Shown: positions 19,247 to 29,072 of the stretch, in pieces | How positions within the stretch are numbered: position 1 is the first letter of the stretch | Layout: each line of letters opens with the position of its first letter | Program-made: the position numbers and the translations under genes | Assembly: GCA_034669905.1 (NCBI GenBank) | Contig: JAXMOL010000040.1 | Coordinates: 14,411-78,410 of the forward strand | Length of the DNA stretch: 64,000 nt | Direction: 5' to 3' | Source of the DNA: Candidatus Hydrogenedentota bacterium | Lineage (GTDB): Bacteria > Hydrogenedentota > Hydrogenedentia > Hydrogenedentales > JAEUWI01 | The notes under the pieces: generated by a model | Databases searched by the model: none | Told to the model about the DNA's origin: nothing | The model's input: only the letters and a program-made list of their open reading frames with translations

Positions 19247-21706
19247 ATGCCGCCTATGGCGCCGAATACACTCTTTCAAGCACTGATTTCCTTCGAAAGA
19301 GCGGGGTGGGAAGGGGCATTCGCCCGCCGCGTTATTGGTTCAACGCCCAGCGAGGTTTACGTTATCAAGCGCCTGCCACTTATACCCATCCTTTTGGCCC
19401 CATTCCTTTTTGCGACGACCGGCGATGCCCTTACCGATGAAGAACTCCTCCCTATCCGGGACGGTTTCGAGGGACGCCGTGACACCTATCTGAAGGACTA
19501 CCTCGCCGCCCCCATTTATGAATTCGACGAAGGCATCGTGGCCAGTGGCACCCACATCAGCGACGCCCGTTGGATATGGTATCCGGGCGAAATGGCCGAC
19601 CGTAGCGCCCCCATTGGCGCCCGACATTTTCAACGAAGCGTCGTGATTCCTGAGGGTCGTGTCCTCCAAAAGGCCTATTGCGCATTTGCCGCCGACAATT
19701 ACGGCGATATCTTGATTAACGGAGAACGCGTGGGCCGCTCCAGTGGCTTTCAAAAAGCCACCGTGCTGGACATCACGAGACGACTCACCGAGACCGAAAA
19801 CCACATCGAAGTTTCCGCCCACAATGCCGGCGACGCCCCCAACCCCGCGGGTATCGCCGGTGTAATTCACCTGGAGTATAGCGATGGCCCTCCCCAGCTG
19901 ATCTACACCGATGCGGACTGGGCCGTACGCAAAGAGACCGAAACCGCCTGGAGCCCGGCCGAAGTATTGGGGACGACCGGAATGGCTCCCTGGGGGCCCG
20001 TGGGCCTCGAAGTGGAGGGCTATGTAAACCGCTACGTATTCACGCGATTAACCTATGCGCTCGCCGCCCTCTACTTAAACGAGGACCTTTCCCAGGCGAA
20101 CGCCTACATTATTGAATCCGTGGACCAAATCCGCAGACAGCACCAGTCGGTGGGTGAGTTCGGCCTCCACTGGATGGGAGGAGCCTTCTACCGGATCTAT
20201 GGGCTCTTCGGTCCCAGTGGAACCCGCGGTGAGCTACTTAATCCGGAGGCCTCCCAAAAGGTCTGGCAGCTCTTCGCCGACTGGGCCGTAGAAGAGTGTG
20301 ATATCGCCAACGTCAATCCCGAGTACACCTGGCGGCTCTGGGGCAGCGAGAATCACAGTGCCCAACGAGACGCCACCACCTGGGCCGCTGCACGTATGAT
20401 CGCCCTGGAAGCACGGGGGCGCAACCTGGTATATGCCGACGGCCATAGTCCAGAGGCCCACCTGGAGGCCTCCCGGGCCTTCATGAAACGCTACTTTCGA
20501 GAACGTATCAAGCGCGGTATGTTGGTGGAGATATCCCCCTCCGGGTATGGCTCCCGCACGCTTCAGGGGTGGCACAACATCTACGACTTCAGCACCGACC
20601 CCGAGCTGAAGCAGCTGGCCATATCGGCCCTCGATCTCTGGTGGGCCGAGTGGGCTCAGGAACAGCTGGGGCAAATGCGTGGCGGTGGGAAGACGCGGCT
20701 CTACCCCGGTGCCTGGGCCCTGTCTGGCCACGACCGCAACCGTGCTATGAGCTGGTTTTACCTCGGCGAAGGGCACCCGGCCCATCAGCACGAAACCCTC
20801 CCCGTCATTGCGACGACCGAATACCGCCTTCCCCTGGTCGTCATGGACATTGCCCTCGATCCCGAAGGGCGCGGTGTCTATGAGTGTCGTTCCCGAAAAC
20901 TCGGCCGCCATCTGAGTTATGAGTCCTCCCTCAAGCTCTCAAAACCCAATGAACCCGTCTACGATGTCGATCCGGAATATGGTGGCATTGTGCGCTATTC
21001 TTATTGCACGCCTGACTTCATCATGGGAACCTTGCTTCTCGAAAACCGCCCCAAAGAATATTGGACGGCGATCAGCCAGCAGAACCGTTGGCACGGCATC
21101 ATCTTCTCCGGCGACCGGGACTCCACCCTCTACCCCCGCTGCGCCACCAGCCGGAGCACCTACAATGGTCAGTGGGCGATTCAGCACAAAGGCACATTAA
21201 TTACGCAGAAACTGCGCGATTCCGATCAGGCCGGTGCCATGCGGGTATGTGCCTCCGAGGATCTCAAACGCGAGGAAGAGAATGGATGGCTCTTTTTGGA
21301 AGCCACCGGCGCCTATGCGGCCGTAAAGATTGTCCACGGCGGCAGCACCTGGGAAAACAAACGGTGGTTGCGTTGTGAGGATGAATTCACGCCCATCATA
21401 TTTGAAGTGGTTCGAAAGCAGGACTTCAACCACGACTACAATGCCTTTAAAGACGCCATCGCGAAACAGCACATTACCCTGGAGCAGGGAGTGCTGGAAT
21501 ATAAAGGTCTGCAGGACTCGGGCGAGTTCACCTTCTACACCGAAAGTGACCGCGCCCCTGAACTCAATGGCGAACCCATCGCGCTGGCACCGGACTATGG
21601 CATCCAGAGTCCGTTCATCGTTTCCCGGTGGGCAGAAGGGGTGGTAAAAATACAGAAAGACACGCGCGTACTCACCATCGATGTACGCCACAACGACGCG
21701 ACGTGA
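19247..21706 (+). CDS. Large secreted protein with N-terminal jelly-roll (rhamnosidase-N-like) domain; true start probably near 19364
   Basis: ARWIWYP, FAADN..ING, NPAG, TDADW and PWG motifs; signal-peptide-like segment begins about 19364. Confidence 0.6.
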   Translation: MPPMAPNTLFQALISFERAGWEGAFARRVIGSTPSEVYVIKRLPLIPILLAPFLFATTGDALTDEELLPIRDGFEGRRDTYLKDYLAAPIYEFDEGIVASGTHISDARWIWYPGEMADRSAPIGARHFQRSVVIPEGRVLQKAYCAFAADNYGDILINGERVGRSSGFQKATVLDITRRLTETENHIEVSAHNAGDAPNPAGIAGVIHLEYSDGPPQLIYTDADWAVRKETETAWSPAEVLGTTGMAPWGPVGLEVEGYVNRYVFTRLTYALAALYLNEDLSQANAYIIESVDQIRRQHQSVGEFGLHWMGGAFYRIYGLFGPSGTRGELLNPEASQKVWQLFADWAVEECDIANVNPEYTWRLWGSENHSAQRDATTWAAARMIALEARGRNLVYADGHSPEAHLEASRAFMKRYFRERIKRGMLVEISPSGYGSRTLQGWHNIYDFSTDPELKQLAISALDLWWAEWAQEQLGQMRGGGKTRLYPGAWALSGHDRNRAMSWFYLGEGHPAHQHETLPVIATTEYRLPLVVMDIALDPEGRGVYECRSRKLGRHLSYESSLKLSKPNEPVYDVDPEYGGIVRYSYCTPDFIMGTLLLENRPKEYWTAISQQNRWHGIIFSGDRDSTLYPRCATSRSTYNGQWAIQHKGTLITQKLRDSDQAGAMRVCASEDLKREEENGWLFLEATGAYAAVKIVHGGSTWENKRWLRCEDEFTPIIFEVVRKQDFNHDYNAFKDAIAKQHITLEQGVLEYKGLQDSGEFTFYTESDRAPELNGEPIALAPDYGIQSPFIVSRWAEGVVKIQKDTRVLTIDVRHNDAT

Positions 21707-21709
21707 GCC

Positions 21710-22867
21710 CTAGTCCCCCATCTCATCGTGAATCGCGATAAACCTCGCTTCTACGGCGACAAAGGCGTCGATGAGCTGGGGGTCGAAATGCTCGCCCCGC
21801 TCCGCCAAGAGGATGCTCCGTGCCTTTTCGTGGGAAAAGGGCTCCTTGTAGCAGCGCCGACTGCGCAGGGCGTCATATACATCACCCACCGCCATGATGC
21901 GCGCCGCGAGGGGGATAGCGTTTCCACGAAGCCCTTGGGGGTAGCCCTTGCCATTCCATTTCTCATGATGGCTCTGCGCGATCTCAATTCCCACCTGAAT
22001 AAAGCTATTGTTCGGATGTTGCTGAAACACCGCCCGCAAATTATTCGCCCCGATTTCCGCGTGGGTCTTCATGGTGTCAAACTCTTCCGCCGTCAGCCTC
22101 CCCGGCTTATTGAGAATCGCATCGGGAATCGCCACCTTGCCAATGTCATGCAAGGGGCTCGCATGGGCCACGTTTTTCGCAAACTCCTCGTCCACTTCTG
22201 TATGCCCCGGAAGTCCCTTTAGATACGCGGTAATCGCTGTGCAGTAAAGCTGGGTACGCTCAATGTGCTTGCCCGTATCATCATCGCGCGCCTCCGCGAT
22301 CTTACACATGGCCATAATGGTGGCCAGTTGGGCCTGTGAAACCTCCTCCTTTGCCGTGATGACCTCCCGCGTACGCTGCTCCACGAGTTCGCTGAGATCG
22401 TCATTGTGCTGCTTCAGGGCGATACGAAGCTGACGAAGTTTGATGTGCGTGTCGATGCGGGCCTGAACCTCCTCAAAGTTGAAGGGCTTGGTAATATAGT
22501 CCAGCCCCCCTTTTCGGAACGCCTCTAACTTGTCATTCGTATCGCTCAGCGCACTAATAAAAATCACCGGGATATCTGCGGTCTTCTCGTCCCCTTTCAG
22601 CCGTTCGCAGACTTCATAGCCATCCATATCGGGCATGTTGATATCCAGGAGAATCAAGTCCGGAGGAGCGCTCGCTGCGGCACGGAGTGCCATGGCGCCG
22701 TTGGGACAGGGCCGGGCATCATAACCCGAACGGCGCAGCATGTCCTGCAAAAGCCTTAAGTTTGCCACCGTATCGTCCACAATGAGGACGGTAGGTCTAT
22801 CGCTGGAACCTGTCATTGACTGCCTTTCGTATTCAAGTCCATCCAACTCATTTCCGCTTCTCATCAT
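21710..22867 (-). CDS. Response regulator with HD-GYP c-di-GMP phosphodiesterase domain (RpfG-like)
   Basis: REC (LIVDD, LLDINMP, DYITKPF); HDIGK, HHEKWNGKGYP and DVYDALRS.R.YK motifs. Confidence 0.92.
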   Translation of the reverse strand: MMRSGNELDGLEYERQSMTGSSDRPTVLIVDDTVANLRLLQDMLRRSGYDARPCPNGAMALRAAASAPPDLILLDINMPDMDGYEVCERLKGDEKTADIPVIFISALSDTNDKLEAFRKGGLDYITKPFNFEEVQARIDTHIKLRQLRIALKQHNDDLSELVEQRTREVITAKEEVSQAQLATIMAMCKIAEARDDDTGKHIERTQLYCTAITAYLKGLPGHTEVDEEFAKNVAHASPLHDIGKVAIPDAILNKPGRLTAEEFDTMKTHAEIGANNLRAVFQQHPNNSFIQVGIEIAQSHHEKWNGKGYPQGLRGNAIPLAARIMAVGDVYDALRSRRCYKEPFSHEKARSILLAERGEHFDPQLIDAFVAVEARFIAIHDEMGD

Positions 22868-25800
22868 GACTTCGTTGTTGATTCGACCTCATCCAGCAGG
22901 CGCAGTATTTCGTCGTATTCAAACTGGTCCGCGAAACCTTGCAGCAACGCCCCCAACCCCGCGTGCTCGTCCTCCAGTTGTGCGAGGATTGCGGCGATAC
23001 GTTCTCCATGACAACTGACCGCAGCATCTCGCAACTCCTCCCGCACCGAATCCGGCAGTGCAGAGAACTGTCCGGAAACTGGCTCGCTCGAATCCTTGCC
23101 AGGGGGCTCCTCGTCACTATAGCGATACGAGACAAACAGATTCTCCCGTATGGCCTCAAGAATAGACGGAATCGAATAGGGTTTTCGCACAAAGCCATCG
23201 GCCCCCGCGCGCAGGACCTTTTCTTTCTCTTCCTCAAACACGGTGGCCGTTGCCACCACGATGGGCAAGGTCTGAAGTTCTTTCTTTGCTCTTATTTCTG
23301 CGATGGTCTCATAGCCATCCATACCGGGCATCGCGATATCCAGAAATACCAGATCCGGTGTCCGCTCAAAAACTGTCTTCACGGCACTGGCCCCATCCTT
23401 GCAAGACCGTACCGCGAAGCCAACCCGCTCAAGGATTGCACGGAGGAGTTCCAGGTTACTGACCATGTCATCGACGATCAGGATCTCCGGAGCGGGGCCG
23501 CCGCCCGCGAGGCCGATCACATGGCGCTCCCGACTCCCCACCACCAGGCCATCATTCACGGCCCCAATCGTTACCGGTAGTTCCAATCGGAAAACACTAC
23601 CTTGACCTTCCTCGCTCTCCACCGTAAGGTCACCGTCCATCAGCCGCGCATACTGACGGCTGATCGGAAGTCCTAAGCCCGTCCCTGACGAAGCCCCTCT
23701 CCCGGAAGCCGTCTGAACAAACGCCTCGAACACCTGATCCATTTCTGCGGCGGAAATACCCGGTCCCGTATCGTGCACTTCCACCGTCAATCGGCATACT
23801 CCCGGTCGCAGTAACGGGGCCTGAGCCCAGAGGCGAATGCCTCCCTCCTCCGTAAATTTTGCCGCGTTTCCCAACAGGTTATACAGGATCTGGCGAATCT
23901 TTCCCTGGTCCCCATGAATTATCCGGGGCGTACCACGCTCACACTGCACCTCAAAGCTCAGTGCTTTTTTGTTCGTCTTCAATCGAAACGTTTGCTCCAA
24001 TTCCCGAAGCAACCCGTAAAAATCAAACTCGGTTGGATTCAGGGTGGCACTCCCGGATTCAATCTTGGACATGTCCAGGATATCATTGATGACCGCCAAG
24101 AGGTGCTCACCACTTCGATTGATGGTTTGCACGTGGGTGAGCTGTTCCCCACTGAGCTCTCCGGACTCTTCCAGCAACTGTGAGAATCCCAGGATCGCGT
24201 TCATGGGGGTTCGTATCTCATGCGACATGTTGGCCAGGAATGCGCTCTTCGCCGTGCTGGCGATCTCTGCTTCCTGCTTCGCCCGCACCGACTCCAGCTC
24301 GGCCTGCTTGCGGCGCGTGATGTCCTCAAAAGCAACCACCACATGGGTCTGCTCCTGAATCAGAAATCGATTCCCTCGAATCGTATAGTGACTGCAGCAG
24401 TCGGCCGGCCCATAGCTGAGATCCAATTCGAAGGCGGCGCAATCCCCGTTGATTACATTGTGGAGTAAGCGAACAGCCCGAAGACACGCGGTATCTCCCT
24501 GCTTCCCCATCTCCTCCAGGCGCCGGATCAAGCTGTCGGAAAGGTCCAGCGAATTCTCCCCCCCCTGGGCAAACATCCCCAAATCGCGCCACGCCTTGTT
24601 GACAAACAAAATCATTCCGGAATCATCCACCACACAAACATGGTTCGTCAGTGAATCCAGGGTGTACTCCACGAATCGCCGCGTAGCCGCCACCTCACGT
24701 GTTCGGGCATTGACCCGTTCCTCCAGGGTCGCATTGAGCTCTCGAATCCGCTCCTGCTGTTTTTTTTGTTCCGTGATGTCCCGATTAATACTGAAAAACT
24801 TTACAAATTCCCCGTCCCGATTGAAAATCGGTTGAATGTGCAGTTCGATCCAGTACGAAGCACCGGACTTGGTGTAGTTCAAGATCTCCTCGCGAATCGC
24901 CTGCCGCTCGCGCAGTGCCGCACCAATACGTGTTACGGTCGCCTGGTCCGTGTCAGGCCCCTGAAGGAACCTACCCGGCTTCTTGCCCAACACTTCATCC
25001 AGTGAATACCCCGTGAGGCGTGTAAAGCCCGGGTTCGTCCATTCGATGTGGCCCTCCTTGTCCGTCATGATGACCGTGTTATCCGTTTCACTGGCGATAA
25101 GGGCCAGCTTGCGCAACTCCGCTTTGTCACGGGCACGCCCGGTCACATCAACGCCCGTCACGACCACATGGCTCGGTGCCCCCAAGCTGTCCGTAGCCAG
25201 CACGCTGCTCCATTCCACCAGGCGCAGTTCTTCCCCGGGGCCCGTCCAGTAGCTTCGGTGGGTGTTGGGAAAGGCCGCCCCCGAGAAGCGCTCAAAAAGC
25301 ACCTCCATCTCCTGGCGCTTTTCCGGCAGCACCATCAAGGCACTGAACGGCGTTCCCAGCACGTGCTCCTTGCTACGCCCCGTCACCAACTCGAAGGCCC
25401 GGTTTATTCGTCGAATACGGCCCGTAAGGTCAAGGACGAGAATGAGCGCTTCCACATGGTTCAGCACGACCGACATGAAATTTCGCTCAGACCGCAACTG
25501 CCCTTCCAGGCGCTTCCCCCGGAGGCTGTAACGGATGGCACGGTCCAGCAATGCGGCGGAAAGGGACTCCTTGACCAGATAATCCATGGCCCCCGCAGAC
25601 ATGGCTTCTACATCCATTTCGTAGTTGCTCTGCCCCGTCAGCATAATAAAGGATACCGACGGATGCCTCGGCACACCATTGCGTATAAATGTCAGACCAT
25701 CGGTGCTGCCGAGGCGGGAATCGACCAACGCCACGTCAAAGCGAGACTCCATCAGCAGTCGCTCACCCGTTTCTGCGGTCGCCGCCCAGACCGTTTCGTA

Positions 25801-25908
25801 ATGCCCATCCACCGCCTGGCTAAGCAAGTCGCGGGCGACAATATAGTCATCTTGATCCTCGTCAATGACGAGGACCCGTACACCGCGCTCTCCCGATTCT
25901 TCCGACAT
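22864..25908 (-). CDS. Hybrid sensor histidine kinase (REC-PAS-PAS-PAS-HisKA-HATPase-REC)
   Basis: FLANMSHEIRTPMN, NLLGNAAKFT, DTGPGI and GTGLGL boxes; N- and C-terminal receiver domains. Confidence 0.92.
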   Translation of the reverse strand: MSEESGERGVRVLVIDEDQDDYIVARDLLSQAVDGHYETVWAATAETGERLLMESRFDVALVDSRLGSTDGLTFIRNGVPRHPSVSFIMLTGQSNYEMDVEAMSAGAMDYLVKESLSAALLDRAIRYSLRGKRLEGQLRSERNFMSVVLNHVEALILVLDLTGRIRRINRAFELVTGRSKEHVLGTPFSALMVLPEKRQEMEVLFERFSGAAFPNTHRSYWTGPGEELRLVEWSSVLATDSLGAPSHVVVTGVDVTGRARDKAELRKLALIASETDNTVIMTDKEGHIEWTNPGFTRLTGYSLDEVLGKKPGRFLQGPDTDQATVTRIGAALRERQAIREEILNYTKSGASYWIELHIQPIFNRDGEFVKFFSINRDITEQKKQQERIRELNATLEERVNARTREVAATRRFVEYTLDSLTNHVCVVDDSGMILFVNKAWRDLGMFAQGGENSLDLSDSLIRRLEEMGKQGDTACLRAVRLLHNVINGDCAAFELDLSYGPADCCSHYTIRGNRFLIQEQTHVVVAFEDITRRKQAELESVRAKQEAEIASTAKSAFLANMSHEIRTPMNAILGFSQLLEESGELSGEQLTHVQTINRSGEHLLAVINDILDMSKIESGSATLNPTEFDFYGLLRELEQTFRLKTNKKALSFEVQCERGTPRIIHGDQGKIRQILYNLLGNAAKFTEEGGIRLWAQAPLLRPGVCRLTVEVHDTGPGISAAEMDQVFEAFVQTASGRGASSGTGLGLPISRQYARLMDGDLTVESEEGQGSVFRLELPVTIGAVNDGLVVGSRERHVIGLAGGGPAPEILIVDDMVSNLELLRAILERVGFAVRSCKDGASAVKTVFERTPDLVFLDIAMPGMDGYETIAEIRAKKELQTLPIVVATATVFEEEKEKVLRAGADGFVRKPYSIPSILEAIRENLFVSYRYSDEEPPGKDSSEPVSGQFSALPDSVREELRDAAVSCHGERIAAILAQLEDEHAGLGALLQGFADQFEYDEILRLLDEVESTTKS

Positions 25909-25917
25909 AGCCCCTCG

Positions 25918-26376
25918 TTACCCGGCTTCAGAGGTGTTGGCGGGCAGCTTCACCATCTTGAACCAGTAATGGTCTATAGACTCCAGTATATGCACCAGCC
26001 CCTGGAAGGAGACGGGTTTGGTAAAAAAACCTGCGGCTCCCAATTCATAGCACCGAAGCACATCCTCCTCGGCTTTGGAAGTTGTCAAGACCACAACGGG
26101 TATAGGACAGAGACGCTCGTTCCCCTTCAGGTACTCCAATACCTGTCGCCCGTTCAGCCGGGGGAGATTCAGATCGAGCACAATCAAGTCCGGTACGAGC
26201 GTTGCCCCGCTCTCCCCGCCTTTGCCAAGATAATCGACGAGTTCCTGACCGTCATTGACAGTGATAAGGGTGTGCGGAAGCTTCGTCGCTTCCAACGCCT
26301 CCCGCGCGAGGAGCTGATCATCGGGATCGTCCTCGGCCAACAACATGACAAACTGCTCTTTCGCGTCCATGCTCAA
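25918..26376 (-). CDS. Stand-alone receiver, Rcp1-like (phytochrome-kinase-associated type)
   Basis: LLAEDDPDD, PDLIVLDLNLP, PVVVLTTS, KPV and C-terminal YWF..VKLP motifs. Confidence 0.9.
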   Translation of the reverse strand: MSMDAKEQFVMLLAEDDPDDQLLAREALEATKLPHTLITVNDGQELVDYLGKGGESGATLVPDLIVLDLNLPRLNGRQVLEYLKGNERLCPIPVVVLTTSKAEEDVLRCYELGAAGFFTKPVSFQGLVHILESIDHYWFKMVKLPANTSEAG

Positions 26377-27656
26377 ATCATCCCTTCCGAACGGTCACTA
26401 TCCGACGAGGACACCGTCGACATCTCGGGCAATACGATAACGAAGGTCGTGCCTTCACCGAGGGTACCCTCTACCGAGATACTCCCTCCATGACGCTCGA
26501 CAATCTTCCTGCAAATGCTTAAGCCAATCCCGCTACCTTCATAGGCCATACGGGGATTCAGCCGAGTGAATGGTTGAAACAGGCGACTCGCGTGGGAGGG
26601 GTCGAGCCCAATCCCCTTATCGGCCACAGTAATTTTTACCCGCTGATCGGGCAACGGTTCCGACGCGACCGTGATATGGGCCGGTCGCTCGGCTTCCCGA
26701 AACTTCAGTGCGTTACCAATCAGGTTCTGGAAGAGTTGATTCATTTGAACCCCGTCCGCGGCAACCGTTGGAAGCGGGTGGCGTACGATCTCGGCCCCTT
26801 CCTGGACGATCCGCGCATCAAAGGTCTCCAGAACATCGTCCAGTACCGTATCCAGATTCACCGGTCCGAATACCCGACGTTGAGAAGACACGCGGGAGTA
26901 ATCCAACAGGCCGTCGATCATCGTTTGCATGCGGGTCGCAGAACCTATGATCCGACGCAAATCATCTTCTGCCCGCGCGTTCAAGGTGCCATCGGAAGAC
27001 GTCTGCAGACGCCCGCCAAAGGTTCGAATCTTCCGCAAGGGCTCCTGCAAATCATGGGAGGCGATATGGGCAAAATCCTGCAGTGCCTGATTACTCTTCT
27101 CCAGATCTTGCTGCGCCCGCTTACTCTCCCGGACTTCGGCTTCCAGGGCCAGGTTGGCCATGCGAAGTTCCTGGGTTTGCGCGTCGACCTTTTCCTGCAA
27201 CACCTCGCGATGCTGCCGCAATTCCCTCTCCACCGCGGTGCGTCGCTCGATTTCGCGTTGCAATTCGTTGTTGAGTGAAGCCAGACCAGGCAATTCCATG
27301 GCGCCCGGCAGAATGCGGATCAACGCCAGCACGGTCAGCCACGATACCGACGCCGTAATGACTTTCATCGTTCCCGCGACCCGGTACGCAGGCCACCAGA
27401 AAATCCCCGCTTCCACCAGATGACTGATCCCGCAGGCGAGGATAAAGGTACAGAAGAGCCAGCCGATCGCTGGGAAGGAGAGGTCGCCCTTTTTCAAGAG
27501 AAAGTAGGCGATTACGATGGGAATGGCCGTATACGCGCCAAAAATAGCCACATCCGCTATCACATGGACCCAGCCGTGGAACGTGGTCCAATTCCCGCAA
27601 TACCATCGTGCCGGGAAGTCGGTGGTGTCTATCAGCGTACCCACAAGTCCGTTCAA
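26373..27656 (-). CDS. Membrane histidine kinase with ETR1-like ethylene-binding 3-TM domain
   Basis: ADVAIFGAYTAIP, FILACGISHL and KVITASVS segments; Cph1-type ASHDLQEPLRKI, NLIGNALKF and GSGIGL; TTG start after GGAGGAAGG. Confidence 0.85.
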   Translation of the reverse strand: MNGLVGTLIDTTDFPARWYCGNWTTFHGWVHVIADVAIFGAYTAIPIVIAYFLLKKGDLSFPAIGWLFCTFILACGISHLVEAGIFWWPAYRVAGTMKVITASVSWLTVLALIRILPGAMELPGLASLNNELQREIERRTAVERELRQHREVLQEKVDAQTQELRMANLALEAEVRESKRAQQDLEKSNQALQDFAHIASHDLQEPLRKIRTFGGRLQTSSDGTLNARAEDDLRRIIGSATRMQTMIDGLLDYSRVSSQRRVFGPVNLDTVLDDVLETFDARIVQEGAEIVRHPLPTVAADGVQMNQLFQNLIGNALKFREAERPAHITVASEPLPDQRVKITVADKGIGLDPSHASRLFQPFTRLNPRMAYEGSGIGLSICRKIVERHGGSISVEGTLGEGTTFVIVLPEMSTVSSSDSDRSEGMI

Positions 27657-27855
27657 CGTACCTTCCTCCAGCCTACCGTATTAGCCCCCCCGGTTCCGAG
27701 TGTCCATTATCATGCAATCTCCCGTTATATTCAAGATGAACCGCAAAATAGCACGGGAAATAATCGCTTTATCTCGCCGTGATATCGGGACTTATGGGCA
27801 TCAAGGCGATGCCCGCGCCCCCCCCGGCGTTTGCGCAGGTGCCCCGCGCGAACAC

Positions 27856-27889
27856 AAAAAAACCGACGGGCAGATGCTCGTCGGTTTGG
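27856..27889 (-). terminator. Rho-independent terminator downstream of tRNA-Cys
   Basis: Minus strand AAACCGACGAGC-ATCT-GCCCGTCGGTTT continuing into a T run. Confidence 0.8.
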
Positions 27890-27899
27890 ATTAATAAAC

Positions 27900-27973
27900 T
27901 GGAGGCGGCACTCGGAATCGAACCGAGGATAAGGGCTTTGCAGGCCCCTGCCTTACCACTTGGCCATGCCGCC
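27900..27973 (-). tRNA. tRNA-Cys(GCA)
   Basis: Minus strand GGCGGCATGGCCAAGTGGTAAGGCAGGGGCCTGCAAAGCCCTTATCCTCGGTTCGATTCCGAGTGCCGCCTCCA; cloverleaf, GCA anticodon, encoded CCA. Confidence 0.97.
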
Positions 27974-28024
27974 TCAAGAAGGGAAGCGAATTATAGTCAA
28001 CGAAACCCGATCATGTCAAACCCA

Positions 28025-29047
28025 TCAGGCAAAAAAACGAAAGTCTATGCACTCCACGTACCCCGCCGACCGAAACCATGCTCGAATCAAATCCCGGGCG
28101 CCCGGTGTGCCCACCATGACCACCACAAAGCAGTTTCCCGGACCCGGCAGGGCCTCCGCCTCAATAACCGGGACGCAATGAATCTGCTGCCCGATTTTGC
28201 CAGGGCGAATGTCCACGACCGCAGTGACTTCCCCCGCGCCCCACTCTCGCAGCCACCGTTTTCCCACTTCGCCCGCGCCCCATTGGTACAGCGGTCGGTG
28301 GTCATCTGCCCGCAGCCTTTGGAGCCACGCCCGTTTCAACGCCCGGAAGGCATAGGCGTCATACCGGGGTGAATTCATGGAGAGCCGTCCTTTGGACTCC
28401 TTCCAGGTCAGGTACGGCCCCGGTACATTGCCCACTTCATAGCCGCCGTGCCAGAAGCGAAAAACCAGATCGTAGTCCTCTGGCCCCTCGAAATCACGGT
28501 AGCCGCCCACCGCCTCATAGGCCGCGCGCCTCATCATAAAGCTTGGATGGGCCACTGGACACTCCACGAAGAGCTCCCGCTCTACCGTGTCATGGGTCTG
28601 AATGGCGTTCAACCACGCCTCGTAACGACGACGGCCGATGCCAAGTTCCGACCCTGCCATGATGACGCCCGTTCCACACAGCGCCCCGTGGGGATGGGAT
28701 TCGAACCAACGACGCTGTGCCGCCAGGCGTGGGGGCGCAGCAAGGTCATCGGCGTCCATCCTGGCCAGGAAGTCTCCACGGGCATGGGAGATCCCGGTGT
28801 GAAGGGCGGAAACGATTCCCCCGTGGGAGGACGGGATGGGCCGGATACGGTCGTCTCCCGCTGCCAGGGCCGCGACCCGCGGGTACGTGTCATCCGTCGA
28901 GCCGTCGTCCACGATGAGCAGTTCCCAATTCGGGTCTGTCTGTTGCTGGATCGACACAATCGCGCGCTCAATGGTGGAGGCCCCGTTGTAGACAGGCAGC
29001 ACCACCGATATCAGCGCCCCGCCATCGTCTCGCGGTGTTGTCGCCAT
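28025..29047 (-). CDS. Glycosyltransferase family 2
   Basis: ISVVLPVYN, VDDGSTD, ARMDADD, HPS and EDYDL motifs; C-terminal Rossmann-like WGAGEVG. Confidence 0.9.
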   Translation of the reverse strand: MATTPRDDGGALISVVLPVYNGASTIERAIVSIQQQTDPNWELLIVDDGSTDDTYPRVAALAAGDDRIRPIPSSHGGIVSALHTGISHARGDFLARMDADDLAAPPRLAAQRRWFESHPHGALCGTGVIMAGSELGIGRRRYEAWLNAIQTHDTVERELFVECPVAHPSFMMRRAAYEAVGGYRDFEGPEDYDLVFRFWHGGYEVGNVPGPYLTWKESKGRLSMNSPRYDAYAFRALKRAWLQRLRADDHRPLYQWGAGEVGKRWLREWGAGEVTAVVDIRPGKIGQQIHCVPVIEAEALPGPGNCFVVVMVGTPGARDLIRAWFRSAGYVECIDFRFFA

Positions 29048-29072
29048 GGCGCTCCCTTACGAAGTGCTCCCC

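Noticed and set aside
21710..27973. Signalling operon as a genomic island integrated at tRNA-Cys
   Set aside because: No integrase and no duplicated tRNA 3' end noticed; the tRNA has its own terminator directly downstream.
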